A DNA stretch of 64,000 nt, from the NCBI GenBank assembly GCA_001179505.1, contig CDMY01000397.1, forward strand, positions 1 to 64,000, in the 5' to 3' direction. Under the pieces are notes generated by a model. It worked only from the letters and a program-made list of their open reading frames with translations, did not search any database and had not been told where the DNA came from. Made by a program: the position numbers and the translations under genes. The stretch is from Vitrella brassicaformis CCMP3155. Lineage: Eukaryota; Protista; Chromerida. Of this stretch, positions 48,701 to 63,033 are shown piece by piece. Positions within the stretch are counted from its first letter, which is position 1. Each line of letters begins with the position of its first letter.

Positions 48701-51700
48701 CCATGACCTTCCCTCCCCTCCTCGACGCACAGAAGAGAGTCACCGAAGTGCTCGACCAGTGCCTCGAAGAACCAATCGTAGGAGGCACACATGTGTGATG
48801 CGACACAGGAGCTCAACGCGACCTCACACTATCTCGCTGCAGGCGTTGCTTGAGGAGTACAAGAGGTACGAGTATCTACTGGGCGAGAGGCCGGACCCGG
48901 AGCTCGATACCAACGACGTAGAGGTCATGCAGGAGCGAGTGGCGGCACTCGTCAAGGCGGCAGAGGAGGTGGAGTTCCTCTCGGCATCCGTCATGCGCTA
49001 CCCGCTCTTCGAGGTCCACACCGACGGCATTGTGCACAGCCTGGTGACCAAAGCACAGCAGCTCGTCGAGTACTATCTGGAGAAGGTGGTGGAGCACATC
49101 ACCAAGGGCAGCCAGGAGGTGCTTGAAAAGTGGCACGAGGTGCACGTGAGGATCCTCACGACGCCCTCCAACGAAGACGACCTTGCGAAGCTCAAGGACT
49201 TCATGGCCAACATCCACAACGTCATGGGCCCGCTTATCAACCAGACTGACTACCTCCACAGACAGATCCAGATGGTCAGCGAGTTCCGATACCAAGTGCC
49301 TGAAGAGGTCATCGAGGTACGTGAGAAAGAGGACGCTTTGGAGGAAATCCTTGATGTGGTCTTGTCTGTGCCGTTGTTGGGTCAGTCAGCCTTCAAGGCA
49401 TACAGCTGGCCGCTGCAGGTCCAGATGGATGTCCAGGATACCACACGGAATCTCGACCAGGAGAAAGAAAAGGTACATACAAAACGGTGTGCATACTATT
49501 TGTCTCATGTGTCTGCCCTGTTTGCTGCTGCCATGGATCCGTGCAGTTCATGGAGCGTCTCGAGGAGGAGAAGGAGGCGTTCGAGAAGGATCTCGCGCAG
49601 TACAGCAAAGACCTCGACTTCGTCCGCTACGAGATGGGCGACTTCTCACAGGCACTCAAATACGCAGTCAAGATCAATGGCCTCAAAGAGGCTCTCGATC
49701 GGGCAAAGGAGCGTGTGGTTTCCTTCCAAGAACGCGAGAAGCTCTTCGGCGTCGAGGTCTCCGGTATGGGATGAGACCAATGGGCAGATGCAATCCTCTG
49801 ATTGATGTATCCCTTGCCTCCACCCTGCAGACTTCTCCAATCTGGATGAGATGGTTGAGCTCTTCCTTCCCTACAACAAGGCAGGCGCATTTACACATCA
49901 GCGTGAGTCTGACAGACGTTTCGTTGCCGTGTGTTCAGTTGTGGACGATGGCGATCGACTTCAAATACTCGGAGGACGACTGGCTCAACGGGGCGCTCAT
50001 GAAGCTTGATGCCACAGAAATCGAGACCAGCGTCGACACATGGTTAGCACAAAAGTCGCACACACGCTGCTGCATCGGAGACCTATGACGACTGCTTTGT
50101 GTTGCCAGGTACAAGGATGCTTACAAGCTTGCGAAGGAGTTTGACACAGAGCCTGTGCCAAAGGGTGTGGCCGAGGAGGTCCGTGCCGCCATTGACGCGT
50201 TCAAAGGCAACTTGCCCGTCATCCGTGCCCTCTGTCAAGAAGCCATGCAGCCGAGACACTGGTCAGCCCGACACAGACAGCGACCTCCTCGGACTCCGAG
50301 ACTGTGTACAGTGGTACTTGGTCAATGTGTAGGGTAGAGCTCTTTGAGAACCTCGATGCTGATGTGGACCTTGAGGATCAGCTGACCCTCCAACAGCTCA
50401 ATGAGATTGGTCAGCAACACAGAAGGATCATGCCTCGTCTGTACCGACTGCTTTGCCTTGTGTCGCTTGTCAGGCATCCAGAAGCACATCGAGAAGGTCG
50501 AGGAGATCAGCGCCGTAGCCCAGAAGGAGTTTGGACTGAAGAAGACTCTGGCGACAATGAAGGCGGAATGGAAGCCAATGGAGCTCGAGGTCACACTGGC
50601 TTTCGACCGGCTGTCATGGCATTTTGTATTTACTTGCCTTTCTCGATCCTATCAGGCCTTGCCATACAAAGAGAGCGGCACATACCTGCTCAAGGGGGTG
50701 GATGACGTGCAGACCCTCCTGGATGACCACATTGTCAAGACGCAGGCCATCCGTGGATCGCCGTTCATCAAGCCAATCGAGAAGGAATGCCGCGAATGGG
50801 AGGCCAAACTCATCTACATACAGGTGACGTGGACGCGCTGACACATCCACGTAGGTTGCATGTATCTTGCGTTTGTCTTCTTTCGTATTTGCAGGATCTG
50901 ATGGAGGAGTGGTTGGCCACCCAGCGGTCATGGCTCTATCTCGAGCCAATTTTCAGCTCCGAAGACATCATCCGACAGGTGACTGACAAGGGAAGCGCAC
51001 GGATGGCTAGCAGCAGCTCATGAATGCGTGTCTGTGTGTTTCAGATGCCTGTCGAGTCCCGCCGCTTCCAGCAGGTCGACCAGCTGTGGAGAACAACAAT
51101 GGCGCAGGTACACATCAAATCATCTCTTTGTAGTGGTCGTGGTCAATCGTCTGGTGCGGTCTCGCAGGTGCACGAGACGCCGAATGTCTTGGAGATATCC
51201 GAGATCGACAATCTCCTGCAGGTGACAAGAGCCCCCCTTCTTCCAGCAAGTTGGCTTCCCTCTTCCATGTATGTGTGTGTTTCTTCAGAACTTCAGCGAC
51301 GCCAACAAGAAGCTGGATGAGATCCAGAAGGGCCTCAACGACTACCTCGAGACCAAACGGTAATAAAATCCGATCCCTGGTCCACGCCATGGCTCACTGG
51401 CTTTTGTGTCTCAGTTTGGCGTTCCCTCGCTTCTTCTTCCTGTCGAATGACGAGCTGCTGATGATCCTGTCCCAGACCAAGGACCCCACGGCTGTGCAGC
51501 CGCACATGAACAAGTGCTTCGAAGGCATCAACAAGGTCAAATTCGACCCAACCAACTCCATCATCCAGGCCATGGTCAGTGCCGAGGGCGAGGTGGTGCC
51601 GCTCAAGAAACACGTGGACGTCAACCACGGAGAGAAGAAGGGCAACGTCGAGAAGTGGCTGGTCGAGGTGGAGGAGTCCATGCAAAACTGCCTCCGGGAG

Positions 51701-54700
51701 GTCATGAAGGAGTCCTTCTCGGTGAGACGGTCTCATATCCTGTCTCCGTGTCAAAATGTCTCCTCTTCTTTTCCTTCGTCGGCATGTACAGGCTTACGTG
51801 ACGAAGGGTCGCACAGAGTGGTGTTTGGAGTGGCCTGGCCAGATCGTCCTGTGCGTCGATCAGCTCTACTGGACGTCAGAGACTGAGGAGGCCATCCAGA
51901 ACAAGCAGCTGCCACAACACAAAGAGAAGCTCGACAAGGAACTTCAAGACGTAGAATGGACAGTGCACACACGGAGGGAGTGACACACGATCATTCACCC
52001 ATGCTGTGTGTGTGTGGTCAGATCGTGCGTCTAGTCCGTGGCGATTTGACCAAGCTGAATCGCAGGACCCTCGGTGCGATGGTCACGATCGATGTGCACG
52101 CGCGTGACACCATCCAGGCGTTGATGGACCAGAATGTGAAGAGCGCCGATGAGTTCGACTGGCTGGCGCAGCTGAGATACTACTGGAAGCCACCCGGCAC
52201 CTTCACCATGCGCGACGGCAAGCCAAACCCAAAGGCTGAGTGTCACGTCTCCATGGTCAATGCGACGCTTCTGTACGGATTCGAGTACCTGGGCAACTCT
52301 GATCGACTGGTCATCACGCCATTGACCGACCGCTGCTACCGCACTCTGCTGGGAGCCTTTCATCTGTTCTATGGCGGGGCGCCTGAGGGGCCTGCGGGGA
52401 CGGGCAAGACGGAATCGACCAAGGATCTGGCCAAGGCGGTGTCTGTGCAGTGTGTCGTGTTCAACTGCTCTGATGGCTTGGACTACCTCGCCATGGCCAA
52501 GTTCTTCAAAGGACTCGCCTCATCGGGTCAGGCACGAAAGACGATGTAGGTGCTTTGTTTCTGCAGACGTCGCTTCGTGTGTTTGTCAATCAGGTGCTTG
52601 GTGCTGCTTCGATGAGTTCAATCGTATAGACCTGGAGGTACTGTCTGTGATTGCCCAGCAAGTGCAGTCCATTCAGAACGCCATCCGCAATCGGCTCAAC
52701 GTCTTCCTTTTCGAAGGTGAGACACCATGCAAGGGACGCCGTCGACGTCACATCCGCCTGTTTTACTAGGTACGGAGATCAAGCTCGTGCCGACATGTGC
52801 CGTCAATATCACCATGAACCCGGGATACGCCGGCCGATCGGAGCTGCCCGACAACCTCAAGGCGCTGTTCCGTCCCTGTGCAATGATGGTGCCCGACTAC
52901 TCTCTCATTGCCGAGATCGTCCTATACTCGTTTGGCTTCGAGGATGCACGCAACATCGCCAGGAAGGTACACAAAGCGACATCGGTGGATAGCCTGCCGA
53001 TATACCTTGTGTCTCTCTTGCGGTCGCCAGGCAGTGGGCAGTCTACGGCTGTCGTCTGAGCAGTTGTCGTCACAGGACCATTATGATTTCGGTATGAGGG
53101 CGCTAAAGGCCATCCTTACGGCCGCTGGACAGCTCAAACGCAAGCTCGGACACGTCCTCGCAGAGGTGAACCCGCCAGACAGATGCAACAACTTCCTTCC
53201 AATTCCATTGCGTTGTCGCGTGCAGGATGTGTTGGCGCTGAGGGCGTTGAGCGATGTCAATGTGCCCAAGTTCACAGCCAATGACATTCCACTGTTTATG
53301 GGTATCATCTCCGACCTTTTCCCCGGCGTCGAGCTGCCGCCCTCCGACTACGGCAAACTCGTGCCACAGATGGAGGAAGCTGCGAGGTCAAAGGGCTTGC
53401 AGCCGAAGGAGGCCTTCATCAACAAGTGCATCCAGCTTTGGGAGACAGTGATGGTGCGACACGGGCTTATGCTCGTGGGCAAGACCATCAGCGGCAAATC
53501 GGCCGTCATGGACTGCCTCGCAACGGTAATAATTGAGCGACACACAGCGACTGCTGGCATAGCGTGCCTCTTGTATATGCAGTCGCTTGGGGCGATAGCT
53601 GACGGGCAGAGTGACGTCTTTCTGCCGTGTGAGATCCACAAGATCAACCCTAAGAGCATCACGCAGGGCCAGCTGTACGGCGAGTTCGACGAAAACACAC
53701 ACGAATGGGCTGACGGGGTAACCACAGCTATCCAGGAGGATTATGGACATGAGATTGTGTTCTGCTTCTTTCAAAGGTGTTGGCACTGACTGTCCGCTAT
53801 GCTGCCGGAGCGGAGCCCAGCAAGCGGCAGTGGATCGTGTTGGACGGGCCTGTGGATGCGGTGAGTTACCACGGCAAAGCGATTCCTCTCGCCCCTTCTG
53901 CTTCTTATGGGCCTCTCCGTGTTCAGGTGTGGATTGAGAACATGAACACTGTCTTGGACGACAACAAGAAACTATGTCTGAACAGCGGCGAGATCATCAA
54001 GCTCTCGCCAGTGACGACCATGATGTTTGAGGTAGAAGACCTCGCCGCTGCGTCGCCAGCCACCGTATCACGGTCAGTGGCCGAAAGCATCTTCAACAGA
54101 GCAGTATGCATATGCATGCCTTGTTGATGCAGGTGTGGGATGGTTCTGCTAGAGCCCGAGCAGACATTGGGGTGGCGTCCGCTGGCGCAGTCATGGGTCG
54201 GTGCTCTGCCTCAAATCATCCAAGAGGCTCACGGACAGATGATCCTGGACATGTACGAGCGGCTCATGGATTTCGCTTTCCAAATCGTCACCAAGAAGGT
54301 CAAGAACCCCGTTCCCGTGTCCGAAAACTGGTGAGCGGAAGACAAGGAGACATAATGCGAAGCACGCATGTCTCTGGCAATTTTATTCAGGCTGATGCTC
54401 TCCAATCTCCGCATGTTTGAGGCGCTGCTGCACCTGCACCTGGGCGAGATGAAGGAGGGAGACGACATTCTGACCAAGGACAAGAAGGTAACCGATTGAA
54501 CGTTTCCCGGTATGCTATGTCTGATGTCTCTATGTATCCCTTTCTCTTCCATCAGGCAGCCCTTCCTCCAAAGGAGCGAGAGGCGCGGATCGAGGCCTTG
54601 TTCTACTTTGCGATCGTGTGGAGCATTGGCGCCTGCACGGATCAAGAGGGGCGGGTGGTCTTCGATGGATTCCTCAGGGGATTCATCAACGGACTGCCCG

Positions 54701-57700
54701 ATCTGGCAAAGGTCGGGTGGGGAGAGATATCCACGTGTCATCAGCACCCTCTTCTCTTCGGTGCAGGAGTATGACCTGATTGGGACCTACGAGCCTCGAC
54801 AGGGGAAGGGCGGCCTACCCGACAAAGGTCTGCTCTACGACTACTTCATACACGAGAGCAGCGGCAAGTGGACACCATGGACGGCACGCATCGGCACATT
54901 CGATATACCAAAAGTACATACAGCACAAGCCGAAAAAACGAGTGTCGGTGTCTGTCTGTCAACCCTTGATGCAATTCATGCAGGACGCCCAGCCCCACAC
55001 GATCATCGTGCCAACTGGCGACACCGTCAGCAACGCCTACTTTCTCCAGGCCCTTGTAGCGCGGCAGTTTCATGTGCTCTTCTCGGGCGTCACGGGCACC
55101 GGCAAGACGGTCTCAGTCCAGTCTCAGCTGCTCACTGGCTTTGACAAGGAGTCGTTCACGTCGATCGCCTTCAGCTTCTCAGCGCAGACGAGTGCCAACC
55201 AGACACAGGACATTATCGACGGCAAGCTGGACAAGAGAAAGAAGGGCACGTTTGGTCCACCCCTCGGGAAGAAGTAAGAGGGTGCAGCACAGGCGACGTA
55301 ACAGACATAGGCAGTGAGAGATGGCTGCTGTGCTCCCTGCAGGTGTTTGATATTTGTGGATGACCTCAATCTGCCTGAGAAGGAGAAGTACGGCGCCCAG
55401 CCACCCATTGAGATCCTCAGACAGTGGATGGACACCAGAGGTCCGACACACAACCACACGTATATTGACTTATCGTCGACTGCCTAACTCCATGTGTCTC
55501 AGGTTGGTATGACCGCAAGACGTCAGAGTTCCGTGAGCTCGTGGATCTGACGTTCATTGCGGCCATGGGACCGCCCGGAGGTGGCCGGAACAACATCACC
55601 GCCCGCTACAGCCGGCATTACAACCTCATCTTCCTCACGCCCTTCGAGGAAGAGTCACTTGTCCGCGTCTTTAGCACCATCCTCACTTGGTATTTCGACA
55701 AGGTCGGATTCCCCAACTCGATCACATCCGTCACACAGAGCATCGTCAAGAGTACGCATGCTGCCAGAGAACCACCACACACACCAGTGGGAAGATGTGC
55801 CTCTGTCCTTATGTCGCAGGCACGATTGACACATATCGGCTTGTGAGTTCCAGCCTGCTGCCGACGCCAGCCAAGAGCCACTACACGTTCAACCTTCGTG
55901 ACATGAGTCGAGTCATCCAGGGGCTCTGTCTCCTTCGGAAGGAGTCACTCCAAGGCACAGACGATGTGGTCAAGTGCTGGGCACACGAGTGCGTGCGTGT
56001 CTTTGAGGATCGCCTCATCGACAAGGCTGACCACAACTGGTTTAAGGAGCAGCTCAAGCAGATTATGGAGACCAACTTCAAGCGCAAGTGGAGCTCTCTC
56101 GTCACCGTCGAGCCCCTCCTGTTCGGTGACTTCTCCGATCCCAAGAAGAACCACTACCAGGAGATGTCCGACCAAAGCTCGCTGCAGGAGGTCATGAGGA
56201 GCCTACTGGCTGACTACAACTCCATGAACAGCAAGAAGCAGATGAACCTCGTGCTCTTCATGTCAGCCATCGAGCACGTGGCACGGATTGTGCGCATCCT
56301 TCGACAGCCGCTGGGCAATGCTCTGCTGGTGGGGGTGGGTGGATCGGGGCGCAAGTCACTGACCACGCTGGCGACTTTCATGGTCGACTATGAGCTCTTC
56401 CAAATCGAAATCAGGTGAGAAAGCAGACCAATGATCGTACGCACTGTCTTTGTCTTTCTTCCATTCTTCGTCCAGCAAGTCTTACGGCGTGGCCGATTGG
56501 CGTGAGGATCTGAAGAGGCTGCTGATGAAGGCTGGCGGGCTGATGAAGGAGGTCGTCTTCATGATATCCGACACGCAGCTGGCCAAGGAGACTTTCCTCG
56601 AGGACACGAGCGGTCTCCTCAACACAGGCGAAGTGCCCAACTTGTTCGGCGCAGAGGACAAGATGACAATTCTCGACATGTGCAGCAAGCCTGCACAGGC
56701 AGCTGGCAGAAACGGACCGGCAGAGATCATGGCATTCTTCGTCGAGCAGTGCCGCAAGAACCTCCACATTGTCGTGTGTCTGTCGCCTATTGGAGAGGCC
56801 TTCAGACGCCGGCTGCGCATGTTCCCTTCCCTGGTCAACTGCTGCACGATCGACTGGTTCATGGAGTGGCCCGAGGAGGCCTTGAGGTAGCGAGACATGT
56901 ATGTGAAATTTAATGTCCATGCTTGACTGTTCCGCATTGTGTCAGGTCTGTGGCCAATCACTTCTTGGCTGGCGAGAATCTGAGCGCCGACGTCACCCAA
57001 GGCGTATCCAATGTGTGCGTGGCCATGCAGACGTCAGTCACACAGCTCACAGAGAGGTAACAGATAAGGGACGACGCTGTGCATTCAGATCTGCTTCTTC
57101 TTCTCTTCCTTCACAGGTACAAGCAGGAGGCGCGGCGATACTATTATGTGACACCGACGTCTTACCTGGAGCTGATCAATGCCTTCAAGAGCCTCCTGAA
57201 GAGCAGAAGGAACGACGTGGGCACGCTCAAGAGCCGCTACGATGTGGGTCTGGAGAAGCTGCTGACGACGGCCGACCAGGTGGCGGTGATGCAGCAGGAG
57301 CTGGAGGAGCTGCAGCCAAAGCTCAAGCAGACGTCCCAGGAGACAGCCAACCTGATGGTGCACATCGAGCAGAAGCAGAAGGAGGCCGCCGTCACGCAGG
57401 CGAACGTCGAGAAGGAGGAAGCCATCTGCAGCAAACAGGCTGCTGACGCATCGGCTGTCAAGGAACAGTGCCAAACTGAGCTCGACAAAGGTCAGAGGGA
57501 GAGCAACTCATTCAGAGCTGAGTCTCACGTTTCCTTTGTGTATGTGTGTCGGTGAAGCCATGCCTGCATTGGAGGCCGCTCTGGATGCGCTGAAGAAGCT
57601 GTCCAAGGGTGATATCACCGAGGTGAAGTCGATGAAGTCGCCTCCCCCCGGTGTGGTGCTGGTGATGGAGGCCCTGTGCATCATGTTCGGCATCGCGCCC

Positions 57701-60700
57701 AAGAAGGTCCCCACAGCAGATGGCAAGGGCAAGAAGGACGACTACTGGGAGCCGGCCAAGAAGAGTCTTCTCGGAGACGCCAAGTTCCTGCAGCGTCTCT
57801 TCGAGTACGACAAGGACAACATCGCTCCCGCCATCATGGAGAAGATCAAGCCCTACGAGATCAATCCCGACTTCGATCCTGAGGTCATCAAAAAGGCATC
57901 AGTGGCAGCCACGGGCCTGTGCAAGTGGGTGCGAGCCATGGTTATCTACGACCAAGTGGCAAAGGTCGTGGAGCCCAAAAAGAAAGCTCTCGCGGAAGCT
58001 GAGGCCGAGCTTGACACAGCGACAAAAGATCTGGCCGTAAGCACCCTAACGGGAATGCCCTCTGGAGACCGCACATAGATGCCGTTTGTACATGTCTTGT
58101 GCAGTCCAAGAAGGCGGAACTGAAGCAGGTGCAGGATTTGGTGGCGACGCTGCTCAGCGACTTCGACAAGGCCAAGAAGAAGAAAGAGGACCTGGCCAAA
58201 CAGGTGGACGACTGCAGTAAACGGCTCGTGAGAGCAGACAAGCTCATCAGCGGGCTGGGCGGTGAGAGGAAGAGATGGACAGAGTCATCAGAACGTCTGG
58301 GGGTGAGACTGGGCATGACACCAACTACCTCACAACACCCCCACTACTAATTGCTTTCTCACCCAGGCCGAGCTTGCGAGTCTGACTGGTGATGTGCTGA
58401 TCGCCTCCGGCATCATTGCCTACCTCGGTGTGTTCACGGCCACCTACCGACAGCAATGTGTCAATCAGTGGCTTTCTCTGCTCAACCACGAGAAGATCCC
58501 ATCCGGCGAGGAGATCACGTTGCAGGGCGTGGTTGGCGATCCGGTGCAGATCCGGCAGTGGGTCATCAACAAGTTGCCCAACGACAGCCTGTCCATCGAC
58601 AACGGCATCATCCTGTCCAAGAGCCGCCGGTGGCCTCTCATGATTGACCCTCAGCTGCAGGCCAACAAATGGGTCAAGACACAGGAAGAAAAACTCAAGG
58701 TGAGACGAGACGGACTGAAACGCAGATGGTCTAATTGATTCGCTGCTGTTCAGGTGCTGCGCCTCTCCCAGTCAGACTATGCCCGCACCCTGGAGACGTG
58801 CATCCAGTTTGGCACGCCAGTGCTGATTGAGAACGTCGGCGAGTCGCTGGATCCCCTCCTCGAGCCCCTGCTCGAGAAGGCCATCTTCAAGGCCGGCAAC
58901 ATCGAGATGATCCGGCTTGGCGACTCGACCGTTGAGTATTCCCGCGAGTTCAAGTTGTACATCACCACCAAGCTGCCAAACCCCCACTACCCGCCTGAGC
59001 TGTGCGTCAAGGTCACGCTGCTGAATTTCCTTGTCACGCCAGAGGGCCTTGAGGTGACAGCCTGGACATATATAAATAAGGCCACACACGAGTGTAGAGA
59101 CATGTTGCTTTGAGTGCAGGATCAAATGTTGGGTATTCTTGTGGCGCGTGAGGAGCCAGACACAGAGAGGAAGCGACAGAATCTGGTGGTGGAGAGTGCC
59201 CAGTCTAAGGCCCAACTCAAGCAGCTGGAGGACAAAATCCTGGAACTACTCAGTGCCGCTAAGGTTGGTTTGATACAGGGCACTGGCCCGGAAAGACGTC
59301 TCCGTGTGTGTGCAGGGCAACATATTGGACGATGAGGAGCTGATAGAGACGCTGAGCAACTCGAAGGTGGCGTCACAGAGGATCGAGGAGAGAGTCGTCG
59401 AGCAGGAGAAGACACAGGCTCTGATCAACGAGACACGGCAGTCCTACCGTCCAGTGGCATTACGAGCGGCCCAGCTGTTCTTTGTGATATCTGACATGGG
59501 CAACGTGGACCCCATGTACCAGTACTCACTCGAGTGGTTCATCGACGTTTTCAACTCCGGCATCGACGTAAACAACCAGACAAGCCAGTATGCACCAGCC
59601 ATCTTATGCTATTCTTTCACGTCTCAGAAAGCCGAGAAGTTTGAGAAGGGTGTGGATCAGAAGCTGCAGAAGCGCCTCACGGCCCTCATCACCAAGTTCC
59701 TGGAGCTGCTGTTCAACAACGTTTGCAGGTAACAGCTATGTCACAAAGGTGGCTGCCATGCACATCTCTGTGGCTGGTCAGGTCTCTCTTCGAGAAGGAC
59801 AAGCTGCTGTTCTCATTCCTGCTGGCCATCAAGATGATGACTGTCGACAATGAGCTCAACCACGAACAGCTGCGGCTCTTCCTACTCGGCGGCGGGGGAG
59901 GCGGCGAGCCATCACGGCCCAGACCTGCGGAGCCGTGGCTCACCGACGTAGCCTGGGGCCGTCTGCTGGAGATTGAGCGGCTTGGCGGGTCATTCGACAA
60001 GTTTGCCGAGAAGTTCGAGAGCAAAATAGCCTCATGGAAGGCCGTCTTCGACTGTGAGAATCCCCGGGATGAGTCTGTCCACTGGCCCGGCGGATACAAG
60101 GAGAGCCTTACGCCGCTCGAGAAATGTCTGGTCATGCTGGCCGTCCGCCCTGACACCGTTGTGGGCTGCATCCAGGAGTTCATCGAGGCCAAGCTGGGCC
60201 GCTACTTCCTCGAGCCCCCGACCTTCGACCTTGACGCCTCATACTCTGCCTCTCGATGCACGTCGCCTCTCGTCTTTGTCTTGAGTGCTGGCGCCGATCC
60301 GATGGCTGAGCTGATGAAGCTGGCGAGCGCCAAGGGGATGGAGCACAAAGTGGCCGCGATCAGTCTGGGGCAGGGGCAGGGCCCCAAGGCTGAGACGGCC
60401 ATCAGGACTGGAAGGGAGCAGGGAGGCTGGGTGGTGCTGCAGAACTGCCATCTGGCCGTGAGCTGGCTGCCGACGCTGGAAAAGCTGATAGAAGAGTTCA
60501 CCCCTGACACGATGGAGGACTCGTTTAGGCTGTGGCTGACCGCAATGCCCTCGCCCCACTTTCCCGTGTCAATCCTGCAGGTCAGAAGAGAGGCCGAATA
60601 AATGAAGATTTATCCATCGACAGCCTTCTTTTCGTCCAATGTTGTGTGCAGAATGGCGTCAAGATGACCAACGAGCCGCCCAAAGGGCTGAGACAGAACC

Positions 60701-62490
60701 TTTTACGTTCATACTACTCATTCAATGCAGAGTTCCTGGTACTCACAAGAGGAGGGAGAGAAACACCACATGCACACACATGTCTCTATTACGCTTGTTT
60801 GCAGGAGGATCACACCCGTGTGCACGCCTGGAAGAAGCTCCTTTTCGGCCTCTGTTTCTTCCACGCGTCGATCCTCGAGCGGCGCAAGTTCGGTCCCCTC
60901 GGCTGGAACATCCCCTATGAGTTCACCGAGTCGGATCGGCAGATATGTGTCTCTCAGCTCAAGATGTTCCTCAACGAGTTCGCCGAGATTCCCTACAAGG
61001 CCCTCAACTACATGGCCGCTGAGGCCAACTACGGCGGGCGTGTGACGGACGCATGGGATAGGCGGACCATCAACTTCATCCTGTCGGACTTCTATGCGCC
61101 CGACGTTCTGGAGGACGATTACCGGTTCAGCCCCAGCGGCATCTATTACGCCCCCGCATCAACGACCACACACGAGGGATACCTCGAGTTTGTCCGGTCG
61201 CTTCCCCTCAACGAATTCCCGGAGTGCTTTGGGCTGCACGCCAATGCCAACCTCGCCGTCGCCATCTCAGAGGTACAAATAGACACAACCGTAACAGAGA
61301 AACAGCGCAGCTTCATCGCTTTCTTTGACACATATGTCCATCTTCAGGCGATGAATGTGATCCGCACGGCCATGTCGCTGCAGCCCAAGACAGGTGCGGG
61401 AGCGGGCAAGTCACCGGAGGAGGTCTTCAGTGCCACGGCCGCAGACATTGTGGCCAAGCTGCCGAAGCTCTTCGATGTGGAGGCCGTGGCCCGCAAGTAC
61501 CCCGTGCGCTACGACGAGAGCATGAACACCGTCCTGGTGCAGGAGCTCATGCGCTTCAACAAACTCCTCAACGTCGTCCGCCGGAGCCTCGTGGACGTGC
61601 AGGCGGCCGTCAAGGGCCTAGTGGTGTCCACACCTGAGCTGGAAGAGGTGGGCTCGGGGCTTTTTGACAATCGTGTGCCCGCCTCATGGAGCAAGGTGAG
61701 CCAATGCTGGGTGCACGGGTGAGCATATTGGCTTTGGTGGACAAGGGCTTCGTTTCTGTGCAGGTTGCATACCCGTCTCTGAAGCCTCTCGGCTCGTGGG
61801 TGCGGGACTTCCTCGCCCGTCTGGACTTCATGCAGAAGTGGATTGACGAGGGCCCGCCACCGAATTATTGGATATCGGGATTCTTCTTCACGCAGTCGTT
61901 CCTCACCGGCACTCTGCAGAACTACGCCCGCGCCGCAGGCGTGCCCATCGACCAGCTCATTTATGACTACACCATATTGGACAGAAGTCAGACCAAGGTA
62001 GGGACATATACACACTCCACCTTTCCCGTTCCACCATGTCTCGCTTGCGTGTGTGTGTGTCTGTGCGCGTGTATGTGGCAGGATGTGTTGAAGGAGAAGC
62101 CTGAGGCGGGTTGCTATGTGTATGGTTTGTTCATGGATGGGGCCCAGTGGGATGACGACAAGAAGGTGGTTGGCGAGTCGTCGCCCAAGATGCTGTTCAG
62201 CGATATGCCCATGGTGTGGCTCAAACCCATCGATGCCAACGACCAGGACAAGACCGCTAATGTGTACCCATGCCCCGTCTACAAGACTTCCAGGAGGGCC
62301 GGCACGCTCTCCACAACTGGTGGGTGGCAACGGAGACAGACACGGGCAAGTAAGGAGACACTCGCTGTCTTGTTGTTCAGGTCATTCCACCAATTACGTC
62401 ATGACGATCCGGCTGCCGATAGCGCCTGAGCACTCTGAGAAGTACTGGACTAAACGAGGAGTGGCCCTGCTCACACAACTCGACGACTAA
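45731..62490 (+). CDS. DNAH1: Axonemal inner-arm dynein heavy chain, DNAH1-like
   Basis: First exon MSLERPPK; N-terminal LPLELFDD...EWV and [11 protein letters not shown] (DNAH1-type). AAA1 [20 protein letters not shown]2 [11 protein letters not shown]3 [11 protein letters not shown]4 GVGGSGRKS; stalk/[13 protein letters not shown]; AAA5 [11 protein letters not shown]; C-terminal [25 protein letters not shown]...[14 protein letters not shown] at 62490. Paralog assignment is less certain than the family. Confidence 0.95.
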
Positions 62491-63033
62491 CTCAGAATGG
62501 GTGGTTTCCGGTGCGCGCCTTTGCTCTTGGGGGACTGCAGTGTTTCTGTGCTGGCGCTCTTCTGCCCTCTGTCTTGCTCGTCCACAGCCAAGTGCGTCTT
62601 CGCCTGTCTCGTTTGAGCCTCCCTCACTTTGCGAAGTTGATGAGTCCATGTGCTCGACGTGACTGACCTTACTTGTCGTTCTCTATGTCCACACATACAC
62701 ACACACACTGCGATACATGAGTGTACGCCGCCTCGTTGGCACATAAATATACAGGCCATGCCATGCCATGAGCGAGTGTATGCACGTGTGTGTACGGTAC
62801 GCACTGCACTGCATGTGTGTCCGCCCGACCGCATCAGCACCACTATAGCTATACGTGTGTGTCTCGCTAAATGCATGGCACGCGTGGCACGGCATGGTAT
62901 TATGGTGTGCCACAAGCGCTATGATCGGCCCCCTGTATGTCTGTACGCATCGACTAAGTCACCCGCTCACTCGATCATGGCAGCATGCACTGCGTACACA
63001 TATGAATTGCACACACACGCGGCGAAGGCTCGT

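Noticed and set aside
53470-53500. Atypical dynein AAA2 P-loop GKTISGKS
   Set aside because: AAA2 is not the main catalytic site and its Walker A is known to vary; not evidence of novelty.
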